Shown in pieces: positions 8,455-20,057 of a stretch of 58,156 nucleotides of DNA. Positions within the stretch are counted from its first letter, which is position 1. Each line of letters begins with the position of its first letter. Position numbers and translations under genes: made by a program. A model generated the notes under the pieces. It did not search any database. It had not been told where the DNA came from and saw nothing but the letters and a program-made list of their open reading frames with translations. The stretch comes from Lysobacterales bacterium (GTDB lineage: Bacteria; Pseudomonadota; Gammaproteobacteria; Xanthomonadales; SZUA-5). The stretch covers positions 1 to 58,156 of the forward strand of contig JALHMH010000031.1 of NCBI GenBank assembly GCA_022844165.1, read 5' to 3'.

Positions 8455-8937
8455 CTACGTTGCCTGCCCACCGCGCTCCTCCTGCGCAACGCGCCGGATG
8501 TAAGCCTGGAAGCCCGGATCCTCGCCGCGCAGCAGGTGCGGCAGCGCGTCGTGGAACTCGTCGCGCCCGCACCACTCGCGCATGTAGTCGTCCCAGCTGT
8601 TCCAGCGCCGGCGCTCCTGCACCGTCATTTCGTCTTTGTAGGCGACCAGGTAGGCTCGCTCGAACATCGAGACCAACATGTCGAAGATCACCAGCATGCG
8701 TTCGCGCTGCTCCGCCGTGGCCGAGGCCAAAGCGGCACTGCTGCGCAGCTGCAAGTCGGCGTTGGCGAGCACGACTTTCAGAAAGTCGTTGTAGGCTGTC
8801 GCCAGCAACAGATAGGCCTCCTCCTCCTCGTTCTCGCGCTCGGCGCGTTCCTGCTTGATGAACACCCAGACGGCGAAAGGCAGGCCAATGACGGTGACGA
8901 TGTAGCTTGCGAGTTCGAAGCCTTCGAGCCAGGTCAT
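8455..8937 (-). CDS. Hypothetical membrane-anchored protein
   Basis: N-terminal TM segment (LASYIVTVIGLPFAVWVF) and strong GC3 codon bias. Confidence 0.7.
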   Translation of the reverse strand: MTWLEGFELASYIVTVIGLPFAVWVFIKQERAERENEEEEAYLLLATAYNDFLKVVLANADLQLRSSAALASATAEQRERMLVIFDMLVSMFERAYLVAYKDEMTVQERRRWNSWDDYMREWCGRDEFHDALPHLLRGEDPGFQAYIRRVAQEERGGQAT

Positions 8938-9034
8938 AGTGGGTCTACTTCCAGTGGGTTGCGAACGGCGAGCGCCGTTGCAGGGTGGCTGAACATGCAG
9001 AGTTGGTGCACGGCTAGTCCTGTTGCGATTTCGG

Positions 9035-9991
9035 TCAGAGGACGTGGCCTACAGACGCCAGAAACGCCATCGCGCGCGCCACCGTCGCCGCCGGATCCTC
9101 CTCATGCGGGATGTGGCCTAAGCCTGGGAAAATCGTCAGCTCGCTGCCGGCGATATCGGCGTGAAAACGTTCGGCGTTTTCCGGTGGGATCAAGCGGTCT
9201 TTGCTGCCCCACAGGATCAGCGTAGGAGCGCGAATCTCCGAGATGCGCTCGCTCAATGCGCCGTGCGCGGCAACGCCTTGTGCGAAACGATCGATCAAGG
9301 CTTGCCGATTGCCCTCGCGCAAGGCCAGCGCGTAATACAAATCGATAGTCGCATCCGTGACCTTGTCCGGATCGCCGTAGGTCTCGCGCACGCTGTTCGC
9401 GACGATGAAACGCGGCAGCAGATTGCGCACAATCGGTGCCATATTCGGATCGAGCGCCAGCCTGAAACCCAAGGGAATCGACTCGGGCACAAAGGGGTAA
9501 CCGGCAGCGTCGATCAGGATCAATGCGCCAACGCGATCGGGTGCCAGCACTGCTGCCAGCCACGCCACTTCCCCACCGAACGAGTTCCCCACCCATACTG
9601 CGCGGGTCACGCCCAGGCGATCAAGCACACGATTGACGTGCAGCACATAACTTTGCGCCGAATAGTCCGCACCGGGATTCGGTCCCGTCAGACCAAAACC
9701 AGGCAAGTCGATGCGGATCACCCGCCGTGTGGGCGCCAGTGCCGCTACCCACCCGTCCCAGGTATGCAAACTCGCGCTCGTGCCGTGCAGCAGCAAAATG
9801 GGCAGCGGGTCATCGCGTACGCCCTCATCGCGAAGGTGCACCTGCATACCGTCGACACCGATGAACTGCGACGGCGGCGGCGCGTATTCGGCCCTGAGCG
9901 ACGCCACGCTGCGATCCGGCGCATAACTCACGCCTATGCCGACAGCAGTGCTGGCCAGCAAGACGGCAATGACAACAATCCATCGGCGCAT
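9035..9991 (-). CDS. Alpha/beta fold hydrolase
   Basis: LLHG, DLPGFG, GNSFGG nucleophile elbow, WGSKD, GHIPHEE. Confidence 0.9.
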   Translation of the reverse strand: MRRWIVVIAVLLASTAVGIGVSYAPDRSVASLRAEYAPPPSQFIGVDGMQVHLRDEGVRDDPLPILLLHGTSASLHTWDGWVAALAPTRRVIRIDLPGFGLTGPNPGADYSAQSYVLHVNRVLDRLGVTRAVWVGNSFGGEVAWLAAVLAPDRVGALILIDAAGYPFVPESIPLGFRLALDPNMAPIVRNLLPRFIVANSVRETYGDPDKVTDATIDLYYALALREGNRQALIDRFAQGVAAHGALSERISEIRAPTLILWGSKDRLIPPENAERFHADIAGSELTIFPGLGHIPHEEDPAATVARAMAFLASVGHVL

Positions 9992-10018
9992 ACATCCTCT
10001 TGGGTCGCGGTGCGACCG

Positions 10019-10180
10019 GGTGTGGCGTCCCAGAAGTGATTGGACGAAGTTCCCGATGGATTTTGGCTCAAGGCAGGGCCCGAGGAGTCGTCATAGCAGC
10101 GCGATCGCGCCAATGAGCAACGCAGCATTTGAGCACAAAGACGCGGAAACAACTCCAATAAATCTCAGGGCCACCACACC
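10019..10180. mobile_element. MITE-like palindromic element, copy 1
   Basis: Imperfect terminal inverted repeats; internal CCGATGGATT(T/C)GGCTCAAGGCA...CATAGC...TTTGAGC...ACGCGGAA shared with 11117..11270. Confidence 0.7.
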
Positions 10181-10413
10181 CGTTGGCAGTCAGGCGGATT
10201 GTGGCAGGAAACTCGAAGAGCCGGGGCTCTGAATCAAATGCGGGGAGACGAGAATGCACTCGCGTATTTGGGCGATCTCATTGCGCACGTTTCGGTGCCT
10301 GGCTTGGACGGGTTGTTGCCTCGCTGTTGTTTGATCGGCACTGATCCGTATCCCTACTCGGCTGCTTTCAACTCTGCCATGATTCAAATTCACCACGCAC
10401 AGGGGATATCGCG

Positions 10414-10824
10414 ATGTTGAAAAAAGTAATGATGGTACTGATCGGATTCGTCGTTCTGATCGGCGGTTGCGTCGGTGCTGTGTTCTGGGCGACGGCGGAT
10501 TTGCCGAAGGCTGCGGATGCATTTTTCTCCGCGATCGCGCGTGAGGACTACGCTGCGGCAATGGCGCTGACATCATCGGACTTCAAAGCCTCAACCACTC
10601 AGGAGGAGTTGCAGACTTTCGCAGAAGACAATGGGCTCGTCGGCTATCGCGAGGCCAGCTGGTCATCGCGCGCAATCGAAAATAGCAGCGGCTCATTGGA
10701 AGGCACCCTGGCAATGGCAGATGGCGGCAGCTTGCCGATCACCGTGCAATTGGTGAAGTCCGGTCGCGGCTGGCAGATCCAAAACATCAAAAAGAGCGAA
10801 GCGGGTTTGTCGAGCGGCGACTGA
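10414..10824 (+). CDS. Membrane-anchored hypothetical protein (NTF2-like/DUF4864-like)
   Basis: N-terminal TM; AADAFF...DYAAA...LTSSDF and LVKSGRGWQI patterns. Confidence 0.65.
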   Translation: MLKKVMMVLIGFVVLIGGCVGAVFWATADLPKAADAFFSAIAREDYAAAMALTSSDFKASTTQEELQTFAEDNGLVGYREASWSSRAIENSSGSLEGTLAMADGGSLPITVQLVKSGRGWQIQNIKKSEAGLSSGD

Positions 10825-10927
10825 CCTGGATGTGCACGCTCCTGGAACCACGCAACGCCTTGTAAGTTCTGGTCTTGGACATCGAAACCCGGAAGTGCGT
10901 TTCTCAACAACGTGCTAGTCTTTGCGC

Positions 10928-11113
10928 TGCCATGCAGGAGAGCTTGGGCCTGGTGTGATGCGAAGCACCACACCAGATCCAACGCCGAAGGAGCAACCGC
11001 CCCGGAATCTCTCAGGCAAAAGGACTGCAAGGCACGTAGAACATCTGGAAAGCGCTGCATTCGATGGCAGCCGCCGAAGGAGTCACGCTCTCAGGCGAAC
11101 CGACAGATGGGGC
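10928..11113 (+). promoter_or_regulatory. Tandem glycine riboswitch
   Basis: Aptamer 1 GGAGAG...CGCCGAAGGAGCAA...CTCTCAGGCAAAAGGAC; aptamer 2 CTGGAAAG...CGCCGAAGGAG...CTCTCAGG; upstream of gcvP. Confidence 0.92.
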
Positions 11114-11116
11114 TGG

Positions 11117-11270
11117 TGGTGTTCCTAGAAATCATTGGTTGAAATTTCCGATGGATTTCGGCTCAAGGCAAGGCGCGAGAGAACTCATAGCTGAGCTATG
11201 GCGCCGACGAGCAGTGCAGCGTTTGAGCCGAAAAACGCGGAATTCACTCCAGTCACTTCTGGGACGCACT
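11117..11270. mobile_element. MITE-like palindromic element, copy 2
   Basis: Direct degenerate copy of 10019..10180 with imperfect TIRs and a central CATAGCTGAGCTATG hairpin. Confidence 0.7.
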
Positions 11271-11316
11271 GGCGGCGCATGCCGCGCACAGCCTATTTTT
11301 CTTCGGAGCCTCTGCG

Positions 11317-14187
11317 ATGTCATCCAGCAACGTCAGTTTCGTGCGCCAGCCTCATGTCGCGAGCGCATTTGTCGACCGCCATATCGGCCCATCTCCACAT
11401 GAAATCGTCTCCATGCTGGAGGCGATTGGCGTGGATACGGTCGAACAACTGATGAGCGAAACCTTGCCGGCATCGATTCGCCAGGCCAGGCCGCTCTCGA
11501 TTGGGGCAGCGCTCAGCGAAACTCAGGCGCTGGCGCGCTTGCGGCAAATCGCCGACCGCAACCAGGTGATGACTTCACTCATCGGCCAGGGTTACCACGG
11601 CACCTTTACGCCTTTGGTCATCCTGCGCAACATTCTGGAAAATCCGGCCTGGTATACGGCCTATACACCGTATCAGCCGGAAATCAGTCAAGGCCGGCTC
11701 GAAGCTTTGCTGAATTACCAGACGATGATCACCGAGCTGACCGGCCTTGACGTGGCAAACGCATCGTTGCTCGATGAAGCGACAGCGGCAGCCGAAGCCA
11801 TGGCCGTTGCGCAGCGCGGCGCAAAATCGAAATCGACCACGTTTTTTGTCGATTCCGACTGCCATCCGCAGACCGTAGCGCTGCTGAAAACGCGCGCCGA
11901 ACCATTGGGATGGACACTGTTGATCGGCGACCCGGAGCGCGATCTTGCCGGCATGGACGTGTTTGGCGCGATCTTCCAGTATCCTGGCACCACCGGCGCC
12001 GTGCGCGACTTTCGTTCGGCCATCGCAACCATCAAGGCAAAGGGTGGCATCGCCGTGGTCGCCGCCGATCCCCTGGCGCTGACGATACTCACGCCGCCAG
12101 GCGAACTTGGCGCCGACATCGCGATTGGCTCTACGCAGCGCTTTGGCGTGCCGATGGGCTACGGTGGCCCGCACGCCGCGTATATGGCGGTCCGCGATGC
12201 ACTCAAACGCTCGATTCCCGGTCGACTGATCGGCGTGTCTGTCGACAGCCGCGGCCAGCAGGCGTTCCGCTTATCGTTGCAAACGCGTGAGCAGCATATT
12301 CGTCGGGAAAAGGCGACGAGCAACATCTGCACTGCCCAAGTCCTGTTGGCCGTGATGGCATCAATGTATGCGGTGTACCACGGGCCTGAGGGCCTGACGG
12401 CGATCGCCCGGCGCGTGCAGCAGCTCACGGCAGTGCTTGCCGCAGGATTGAGGCGCCTCGGTTTTGCGCCACGCGAAGCGTGCTATTTCGATGCGATCAG
12501 CGTCGCTGTCGGCACGCAGCAGCGCGCAATTGTCGCGCACGCGCTGGCGGCCGGGATCAACCTGCGCATTCTTGATGGCGCGCTCGGCATTAACCTGGAC
12601 GAAACCAGCACAGTGCAAACCGTGGAAGCCGTCTGGCGCGCTTTCGGCGGCGCGCTTAAATTTCCGGAGGTTTCAGGCGACACCACGATCCCGGGCGAAT
12701 TGTTGCGCAAGGGCTCCTGTTTGCAACACCCGATCTTTTCGCGCTACCGTTCGGAGACGGAGTTGCTGCGGTATATGCGCCGCCTTGCAGATCGCGATCT
12801 GGCGCTCGATCGGGCCATGATCCCGCTCGGTTCTTGCACGATGAAACTCAACGCTACCGCTGAAATGATCCCGGTCACCTGGCCAGAATTTGGTGCGCTG
12901 CATCCTTTCGCGCCATCCGATCAAGCGCATGGTTATGCCGAGATGTTCGAAGATCTAAAGGCATGGCTTTGCGATATCACAGGGTACGATGCCGTGTCGT
13001 TGCAGCCCAACTCGGGCGCCCAGGGCGAATATGCGGGCTTGTTGGCGATTGCTGGCTACCATCGGAGCCGAAACGAAGCCCACCGCAATGTGTGTTTGAT
13101 CCCGTCCAGCGCGCACGGTACCAATCCCGCCTCGGCGCAAATGGTCGGAATGGACGTGGTCGTGGTTTCCTGCGACACGGAAGGCAATGTCGATGTCGAC
13201 GATCTGCGAGCGAAGGCGGAACACCATAGCGCCCAACTGGCGGCCCTGATGGTGACGTATCCATCGACCCATGGCGTGTTCGAGGAGCGCATTTCGGAGA
13301 TCTGCGAGATCGTGCACCAGCATGGGGGTCAGGTCTATCTGGACGGCGCCAACATGAACGCGCAAGTCGGACTATCGCGCCCGGGCGACTATGGCGCCGA
13401 TGTCAGCCATTTGAACTTGCACAAGACCTTTTGCATCCCGCACGGCGGCGGTGGTCCGGGCATGGGACCCATCGGCGTGAAGTCCCATCTGGCGCCATTC
13501 CTGCCAGGTCATATCGTACTCGACGGCGGCACGGCACCGGTCGGCGCCGTGTCTGCGGCGCCTTTTGGTTCGGCGTCGATCCTGCCGATTTCTTACGCGT
13601 ATATCTTGATGATGGGCAGTCCAGGTTTGCAGCGCGCAACCGAAATCGCGATCTTGAACGCCAATTACATTGCCGCACGTTTGGATGGGCATTTCCCGGT
13701 GCTATACAAGAACCATAACGGCCGCGTTGCGCACGAGTGCATCATCGACCCTCGTCCACTCAAAGACGCCGCGGGCGTGACCGTCGACGACATTGCGAAG
13801 CGCCTGATCGACTACGGCTTTCATGCGCCGACCATGAGTTTCCCCGTTGCCGGCACGCTCATGATCGAACCGACCGAGTCGGAGGCCAAGGTCGAGCTGG
13901 ACCGCTTTTGCGACGCGATGATTGCCATCCGCAAGGAGATCGCCGTTGTCGAATCGGGTACTTATGCGATCGAAGCCTCCCCACTGCGCCACGCGCCACA
14001 TACTGTGCACGATTTGGTTGACGACACCTGGAATCGTGCGTATTCGCGAAGCGAAGCCGTGTTTCCTGGCGGCATGTCCCGTCAGGACAAATACTGGTGC
14101 CCGGTTGGGCGCGTCGACAATGTCTATGGCGATCGGAATTTGATGTGCACCTGCCCGAGCCCTTCGGAGGCTGCGCAAGCGGCGTAG
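11317..14187 (+). CDS. gcvP: Glycine dehydrogenase (decarboxylating), P protein
   Basis: [34 protein letters not shown]-lysine motif, DNVYGDRNL. Confidence 0.97.
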   Translation: MSSSNVSFVRQPHVASAFVDRHIGPSPHEIVSMLEAIGVDTVEQLMSETLPASIRQARPLSIGAALSETQALARLRQIADRNQVMTSLIGQGYHGTFTPLVILRNILENPAWYTAYTPYQPEISQGRLEALLNYQTMITELTGLDVANASLLDEATAAAEAMAVAQRGAKSKSTTFFVDSDCHPQTVALLKTRAEPLGWTLLIGDPERDLAGMDVFGAIFQYPGTTGAVRDFRSAIATIKAKGGIAVVAADPLALTILTPPGELGADIAIGSTQRFGVPMGYGGPHAAYMAVRDALKRSIPGRLIGVSVDSRGQQAFRLSLQTREQHIRREKATSNICTAQVLLAVMASMYAVYHGPEGLTAIARRVQQLTAVLAAGLRRLGFAPREACYFDAISVAVGTQQRAIVAHALAAGINLRILDGALGINLDETSTVQTVEAVWRAFGGALKFPEVSGDTTIPGELLRKGSCLQHPIFSRYRSETELLRYMRRLADRDLALDRAMIPLGSCTMKLNATAEMIPVTWPEFGALHPFAPSDQAHGYAEMFEDLKAWLCDITGYDAVSLQPNSGAQGEYAGLLAIAGYHRSRNEAHRNVCLIPSSAHGTNPASAQMVGMDVVVVSCDTEGNVDVDDLRAKAEHHSAQLAALMVTYPSTHGVFEERISEICEIVHQHGGQVYLDGANMNAQVGLSRPGDYGADVSHLNLHKTFCIPHGGGGPGMGPIGVKSHLAPFLPGHIVLDGGTAPVGAVSAAPFGSASILPISYAYILMMGSPGLQRATEIAILNANYIAARLDGHFPVLYKNHNGRVAHECIIDPRPLKDAAGVTVDDIAKRLIDYGFHAPTMSFPVAGTLMIEPTESEAKVELDRFCDAMIAIRKEIAVVESGTYAIEASPLRHAPHTVHDLVDDTWNRAYSRSEAVFPGGMSRQDKYWCPVGRVDNVYGDRNLMCTCPSPSEAAQAA

Positions 14188-14351
14188 TGGCGCGATGACA
14201 GGTTCACGCGAAGACACGAGCCTGTTGATGGTCATGCAGTTGAACACAGAGAACGTGGCAACATAGCGCGCATCGCGACACGCTGCGCGCTGTGGTGCGG
14301 GAGTCACTCAAAAGCGTCGCACCATAGCGCAACTCAAGAAGGCCATTGCTG

Positions 14352-17300
14352 ATGCCGAAACGTACCGATCTAAAGTCAATTCTCATCATTGGAGCAGGCC
14401 CGATCGTCATCGGTCAAGCATGCGAATTCGATTACTCGGGTGCGCAGGCGTGCAAAGCGCTGAAGAGCGAGGGGTTCCGCGTCGTGCTGGTGAACAGCAA
14501 TCCAGCAACGATCATGACCGATCCGGAAATGGCCGATGCGACATACATCGAGCCACTGCACCTGTCGACGCTCACCAAGATCATCGAAAAGGAACGCCCC
14601 GACGCGTTGCTGCCGACGATGGGCGGACAGACTGCTCTGAATGCGGCACTCGCGCTGGCCGATGCCGGCGTGTTGGCGGAATACAACGTCGAGTTGATCG
14701 GCGCCTCGCGTGAGGCGATCAAGCTGGCGGAGGACCGCGAGCTCTTTCGCCATGCAATGGCCGAAATTGGTCTTTCCTGCCCGAGCGCACAGATCGCTCG
14801 ATCGCTCGATCAGGCAATGGCCGCACAACTGAAAGTCGGGTTCCCGACCATCATCCGTCCATCCTTTACCTTGGGCGGTTCGGGCGGCGGCATTGCTTAC
14901 AACCGCGAGGAGTTCATCGAAATCGCCACGCGCGGCCTGGATTTGTCGCCCGTGCACGAAGTACTCATCGAAGAGAGTGTGCTCGGCTGGAAAGAGTATG
15001 AGATGGAAGTGGTCCGCGACCGTGCGGATAACTGCATCATTGTGTGTTCGATCGAGAACTTCGATCCAATGGGCGTGCACACGGGCGATTCGATCACCGT
15101 GGCACCCGCGCAAACGCTGACCGACAAGGAATATCAGCGCATGCGTGATGCATCGATCGCCGTTCTGCGTAAGATCGGCGTGGACACCGGCGGTTCGAAC
15201 GTGCAGTTCGGCATCAATGCCAAGGACGGCCGCATGGTGGTCATCGAAATGAACCCGCGCGTATCGCGCTCCAGCGCGCTGGCCTCGAAAGCAACGGGTT
15301 TCCCGATCGCCAAAATCGCCGCCAAACTTGCCGTCGGTTACACGCTCGACGAACTGAAGAACGACATCACCGGTGGTGCGACACCCGCCTCGTTCGAGCC
15401 GGCAATCGACTACGTCGTCACCAAAATTCCGCGCTTCGCCTTCGAGAAGTTCCCCAAAGCCGATTCGCGCCTGACAACGCAGATGAAATCCGTCGGCGAA
15501 GTGATGGCGATGGGGCGGACCTTTCAAGAGTCGATGCAAAAAGCGCTGCGCGGCATGGAGATCGGCAGCGATGGGCTGAACCCGCGCATTGCAGCACCCT
15601 TTGACGACGACAAGATCCGAGAATTGAAGCGGGAACTGCGTGAGCCCAAACCGGATCGTATTTTTTATGTTGCGGATGCCTTCCGGGCAGGCATGAGCAT
15701 CGACGACGTCCATGCACTGAGCGCCATCGACCCGTGGTTCCTCGCCAATATCGAGGACCTGATTCTGGAAGAGAAACTACTGGCCAGTCAGGGCTTGTCG
15801 GCGCTGACCGCGCATCGGTTACGCGCGCTGAAACGCAAGGGCTTTTCCGATTCCAGGTTGGCGGAATTGTGCGCAACCGGCGAAGCCGCGATTCGGCAAC
15901 TGCGCCGCGCATTGAACGTTCGCCCTGTGTACAAACGCGTCGATTCCTGCGCGGCTGAGTTCGCCACCGATACGGCCTATATGTACTCCACGTATGAGCA
16001 GCAATGCGAAGCGGAGCCAACGAATCGGGACAAGATCATTGTGCTCGGAGGCGGCCCAAATCGCATCGGCCAGGGCATCGAGTTCGACTATTGCTGCGTA
16101 CACGCCGCTCTGGCGCTGCGCGAAGATGGTTATGAGACGATCATGGTCAACTGTAATCCTGAAACCGTATCGACCGATTACGACACCTCCGATCGGCTCT
16201 ACTTCGAACCGGTGACGCTTGAAGACGTGCTGGAGATTGTCGACAAAGAGAAACCCAAGGGCGTCGTCGTCCAATATGGTGGCCAGACGCCGCTCAAGCT
16301 GGCCCGGGCGCTCGAACGCGAAGGCGTGCCGGTCATCGGCACCTCGCCGGACTCGATTGATCTGGCCGAAGATCGGGAGAGATTTCAGAAGCTGATTCAG
16401 AGTCTGGGATTAAAACAACCCGCCAATCGCACCGCACGGACGCCGGAAGAAGCCACAGCACTGGCACGCGAGATCGGCTATCCGCTGGTCGTCCGACCCT
16501 CGTACGTGCTCGGCGGACGCGCCATGGAAGTGGTCTATGCCCAGAGCGATCTGAAGCGCTACATGACGGACGCTGTTCGCGTCTCCAATGATTCGCCGGT
16601 GCTGCTCGATCGTTTCCTGGATCATGCGATTGAGGTCGATGTCGACTGTATTTGCGACGGTCAGGACGTTTTGATCGGCGGCATCATGGAGCACATCGAA
16701 GAAGCCGGCGTGCACTCGGGCGATTCGTCATGTTCGCTGCCGCCTTTCTCGCTTTCGAAGGAACTGCAGGACGAACTTCGCGCACAGGTGACGATCATGG
16801 CGAAAGCGCTGAATGTCGTAGGCCTGATGAACACGCAATTTGCGATACAGGGCGAGGACATCTTCGTCCTGGAAGTGAATCCGCGCGCATCACGCACTGT
16901 GCCTTTCGTTGCGAAGGCGACGGGACGCCCGCTGGCAAAAATTGCCGCGCGCTGTATGGTCGGCCAGAGCCTGAAGCAACAGGGCATGACGCGCGAGATC
17001 GTTCCGGAGTACTTCTCGGTCAAAGAACCGATCTTCCCATTCAACAAGTTCCCGGGGGTCGACCCGATCCTGGGCCCTGAGATGCGCTCAACGGGTGAGG
17101 TGATGGGCGTCGGCCGCAGCTTCGGCGCTGCGGTTGCGCGCGCCGCACTCGCGGCGAATCAAACACCGCTCAAACTCGGCACCGTTTTTCTTTCGGTGCG
17201 CGATGGCGACAAACCACGCCTCGTGCCGATCGCCAGAGATTTGCTTGCGCGAGGTTTCCGTCTGGTCGCGACCGGCGGCACTTGCGACGCGCTGCTGGCA

Positions 17301-17573
17301 GCCGGCGTGCCGTGTCAGCGCATCAACAAAGTCATGGAGGGCCGCCCGCATATTGTCGATCTGATCAAGAACGGCGAAGTCACGTTCGTGGTCAACACCA
17401 CCGAGGGGCGGCAGGCAATCGCCGATTCATTTGCCATCCGCCGCGAAACGCTGCACCACAAGGTTCCCTACTCAACAACCATCTCCGGCGCAAAGGCGAT
17501 GGTCGGCGCGCTGGACTTCACATCCGTAAACGAGGTGCACTCGCTTCGGCAATTGCATGCAGAATTGGCATGA
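14352..17573 (+). CDS. carB: Carbamoyl-phosphate synthase large subunit
   Basis: [30 protein letters not shown]; duplicated ATP-grasp halves; C-terminal MGS domain. Confidence 0.98.
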   Translation: MPKRTDLKSILIIGAGPIVIGQACEFDYSGAQACKALKSEGFRVVLVNSNPATIMTDPEMADATYIEPLHLSTLTKIIEKERPDALLPTMGGQTALNAALALADAGVLAEYNVELIGASREAIKLAEDRELFRHAMAEIGLSCPSAQIARSLDQAMAAQLKVGFPTIIRPSFTLGGSGGGIAYNREEFIEIATRGLDLSPVHEVLIEESVLGWKEYEMEVVRDRADNCIIVCSIENFDPMGVHTGDSITVAPAQTLTDKEYQRMRDASIAVLRKIGVDTGGSNVQFGINAKDGRMVVIEMNPRVSRSSALASKATGFPIAKIAAKLAVGYTLDELKNDITGGATPASFEPAIDYVVTKIPRFAFEKFPKADSRLTTQMKSVGEVMAMGRTFQESMQKALRGMEIGSDGLNPRIAAPFDDDKIRELKRELREPKPDRIFYVADAFRAGMSIDDVHALSAIDPWFLANIEDLILEEKLLASQGLSALTAHRLRALKRKGFSDSRLAELCATGEAAIRQLRRALNVRPVYKRVDSCAAEFATDTAYMYSTYEQQCEAEPTNRDKIIVLGGGPNRIGQGIEFDYCCVHAALALREDGYETIMVNCNPETVSTDYDTSDRLYFEPVTLEDVLEIVDKEKPKGVVVQYGGQTPLKLARALEREGVPVIGTSPDSIDLAEDRERFQKLIQSLGLKQPANRTARTPEEATALAREIGYPLVVRPSYVLGGRAMEVVYAQSDLKRYMTDAVRVSNDSPVLLDRFLDHAIEVDVDCICDGQDVLIGGIMEHIEEAGVHSGDSSCSLPPFSLSKELQDELRAQVTIMAKALNVVGLMNTQFAIQGEDIFVLEVNPRASRTVPFVAKATGRPLAKIAARCMVGQSLKQQGMTREIVPEYFSVKEPIFPFNKFPGVDPILGPEMRSTGEVMGVGRSFGAAVARAALAANQTPLKLGTVFLSVRDGDKPRLVPIARDLLARGFRLVATGGTCDALLAAGVPCQRINKVMEGRPHIVDLIKNGEVTFVVNTTEGRQAIADSFAIRRETLHHKVPYSTTISGAKAMVGALDFTSVNEVHSLRQLHAELA

Positions 17574-17614
17574 TAGTGCCTGGATGCGAAACCGCATCGA
17601 AAGAGTCTGAGTCC

Positions 17615-18385
17615 ATGGACGATCTACAGAGCCTTCACTGTTGGGCGGAGGATTTTCACCGCGACATCGAACAGAGCGCTGGCCGCATGCGGCCGCGGGC
17701 GGCCGATTGCCGGAGCTGCCACAGCGCTGTGTTCTGCGTTCCTGGCCATACCGAACCGGGTGTGCAGACGGCATTCGAATGTCTGGTCGAGCAGATTGGC
17801 CCCTTGCCAGCAGGCACACGCTATATCGCGATGGGCGATCCCTTCGATGCGATCTACGCAATCAAGAGCGGGCAGGTCAAAACCGCCAGGGTCGACAGCG
17901 ATGGAAACGACGAGGTCCTGGGGCTCCACCTGCCTGGAGAACTGGTGGGCCTGGACGCGCTGGCCGGGTCTCGTTATCGGTGCGACGCGACGCTGCTCGA
18001 TACCGGTGTCCTGTGCAGAATTTCCTTTCCGCGCGTCGCCGATCTGGCGTTGGTATGGCCAACACTTCAGGCACGATTGTTCCAGCTTTTCAGTGCAGCC
18101 CTGCAAACCCCACGCTATTCGGTCGATCATCCGGTTGAAATGCGTTTGGCCGGTTTCCTGCTGGACCTGAGCAGCCGTTGGAAACAACGCGGCTTTTCGT
18201 CAACAGAGTTCTCGATCGCCCTGCCCCGGCAAGATATTGCGCGTCTGCTGGCCATGCGCAAGGAAACCATGAGCCGCGTTTTCGCCCGGTTCGAAGAACA
18301 AGGTTTCGTGCGTACCGACCGCAAGCATGTCACGCTACTGAATTTAGAGGCATTGCGGCGCCAGGCCGGGCCTCTGGCAGTTTGA
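17615..18385 (+). CDS. Crp/Fnr family regulator, FNR-like
   Basis: CRSCHSAVFC Cys cluster, GLHLPGELVGLD, C-terminal HTH RQDIARLL...ETMSRVF; alternative start at 17570 overlaps the carB stop. Confidence 0.85.
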   Translation: MDDLQSLHCWAEDFHRDIEQSAGRMRPRAADCRSCHSAVFCVPGHTEPGVQTAFECLVEQIGPLPAGTRYIAMGDPFDAIYAIKSGQVKTARVDSDGNDEVLGLHLPGELVGLDALAGSRYRCDATLLDTGVLCRISFPRVADLALVWPTLQARLFQLFSAALQTPRYSVDHPVEMRLAGFLLDLSSRWKQRGFSSTEFSIALPRQDIARLLAMRKETMSRVFARFEEQGFVRTDRKHVTLLNLEALRRQAGPLAV

Positions 18386-18469
18386 GCGCAACGCAAGATA
18401 TCCACGAAGCGCTCTGGAACGCCAGATTGTCGACTTTTGAGCGCGTGGTGGGCAACGAAGGTGCCTGTG

Positions 18470-19045
18470 ATGATCGGCGTGATACTTGCGGGTGGCCAGT
18501 CGCGGCGCATGGGGGAAGACAAAGCCCAACTGCAGTGGCGCGGGCTCCGTTTGCTCGAGCACATGTCAAACCTGCTGCGTACGGCAGGGGCAATCGAGGT
18601 TGTCGTCAGCGGCGCCAGACCGGGCGGCGTTTGCGACCGCCGCGACCATCTGGGCCCGATCGGCGGCGTGGCGACTGTCGCGTCCCTACATCCTGGCGCG
18701 AGATTGTTATTTGTCGCTATCGATACGCCACGGCTCAGCCCGGCACTGCTCGCACGCCTATACCAATGCCCCGCCCGATGCACGCATTTCGACGGCTGGC
18801 CGCTGCCTTTTTGTCTGATCGCCACGCCACAGGCGCTGAGCCACCTGGACGCAATCTGCGCGCAATCCGAGGCTCGCGCCAGAAGCCTCCGAGAAATGCA
18901 CCGTCGCCTCGGTGCCCTGGCGCTTGACTTGACTTTCGCAGAAGAGGAGCAGCTGCGCGGCGCCAATACGCCGGAGCAATGGGCAGACTTGCAAAGCACT
19001 TTGCACCATGTCTTGGCTTTCAAACCACCAGGTACTTCCAAATAG
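18470..19045 (+). CDS. mobA: Molybdenum cofactor guanylyltransferase
   Basis: GVILAGGQSRRMGEDKA, GPIGG, AIDTP, ANTPEQW. Confidence 0.85.
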   Translation: MIGVILAGGQSRRMGEDKAQLQWRGLRLLEHMSNLLRTAGAIEVVVSGARPGGVCDRRDHLGPIGGVATVASLHPGARLLFVAIDTPRLSPALLARLYQCPARCTHFDGWPLPFCLIATPQALSHLDAICAQSEARARSLREMHRRLGALALDLTFAEEEQLRGANTPEQWADLQSTLHHVLAFKPPGTSK

Positions 19046-19103
19046 CTCCCTGGCAACAACACTTTTTTGGGATGATCGAATAAACCCATTGAGCATCTTG
19101 GCC

Positions 19104-19973
19104 ATGAACTCAAAACGTACCGTGTTAGTCGGCTGCGACTTTTCGACCCTTGGACAAGCAGCCGTGCGCCGTGCCGCGATGATCGCCGCGGACCAGGGAT
19201 CTCACTTGCACATCGTGCACGCATTTCCAATCGCTACGCTGCTCGACAGCGTTTTTGCCGGCGGCGACTGGGCAGCAAGAATGCAGAGTGATGCCGAACA
19301 CCGCTTAAGCGCAATGGCCGCACAAGCGCGCGAACTGGGCGCTTCCAGCGTGAGCCAACAACTCATGCATGGCACAGCGCATCGCATTCTTGCCGAGGCG
19401 GCCGAAAGCGTGCGCCCGGAGCTGATTGTCATCGGCGCACATGGGCGCGGTGCGTTGCAACAGTTCTTTCTTGGCGGTACCGCAGCGCGGGTGCTCGCAA
19501 GCGCGCCTTGCCCGGTGCTGGTGGTTCGATACGCAGCGGATGTCCCTTACCGTCGTGTCCTGGCGGCGCTGGATCTTGGACCACGCTCCCAGCACGTGCT
19601 GCAAGATGCAACGCGCTTCGCTCGAAATGCGCAATTGGTGCCGGCGCACACATTTCGATCGCCGCACGAGGCCAGGATGCGGCTGCATGGCGCAAGCGAA
19701 GCAGAACTGAGCGCATTCATTGATGGCGCTGCGCATTCCGCCCAGGAGTCGATGATGGAATGCCTGCGCGAAGCGGGAATGGGCCAACTGACATCGCAAC
19801 CGCGAATCGTGCATGGCGACACAAACCCGGCCATTCCAGATTTGGCACGAGAGCTGGAAGCAGATCTGCTTGTTGTCGGCCGGCATAGTGGCTCGCGCAT
19901 GACCGAAGCCGTGCTCGGCAGCGTTCCTCGCTTCCTCGCGTATTACGCGCCATGCGATGTCCTGGTGGTCTGA
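19104..19973 (+). CDS. Universal stress protein, tandem Usp domains
   Basis: VLVGCDFS...LIVIGAHG...FLGGTA...PCPVLVVR, then a second copy ending LGSVP...APCDVLVV. Confidence 0.92.
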   Translation: MNSKRTVLVGCDFSTLGQAAVRRAAMIAADQGSHLHIVHAFPIATLLDSVFAGGDWAARMQSDAEHRLSAMAAQARELGASSVSQQLMHGTAHRILAEAAESVRPELIVIGAHGRGALQQFFLGGTAARVLASAPCPVLVVRYAADVPYRRVLAALDLGPRSQHVLQDATRFARNAQLVPAHTFRSPHEARMRLHGASEAELSAFIDGAAHSAQESMMECLREAGMGQLTSQPRIVHGDTNPAIPDLARELEADLLVVGRHSGSRMTEAVLGSVPRFLAYYAPCDVLVV

Positions 19974-20057
19974 CCGCGGTCAATGCCGACTGGACAAGCA
20001 GACATTCGTTACGCCATACCGCTATCGTTACGGCCTTCGTTGTCGCTTGACTGAACC

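Noticed and set aside
17282-17614. Long N-terminal extension of the FNR-like ORF in the track
   Set aside because: Mostly overlaps carB in another frame; plausible starts are 17570 or 17615.
19045-19104. FNR box upstream of usp
   Set aside because: No adequate match to TTGAT-N4-ATCAA.
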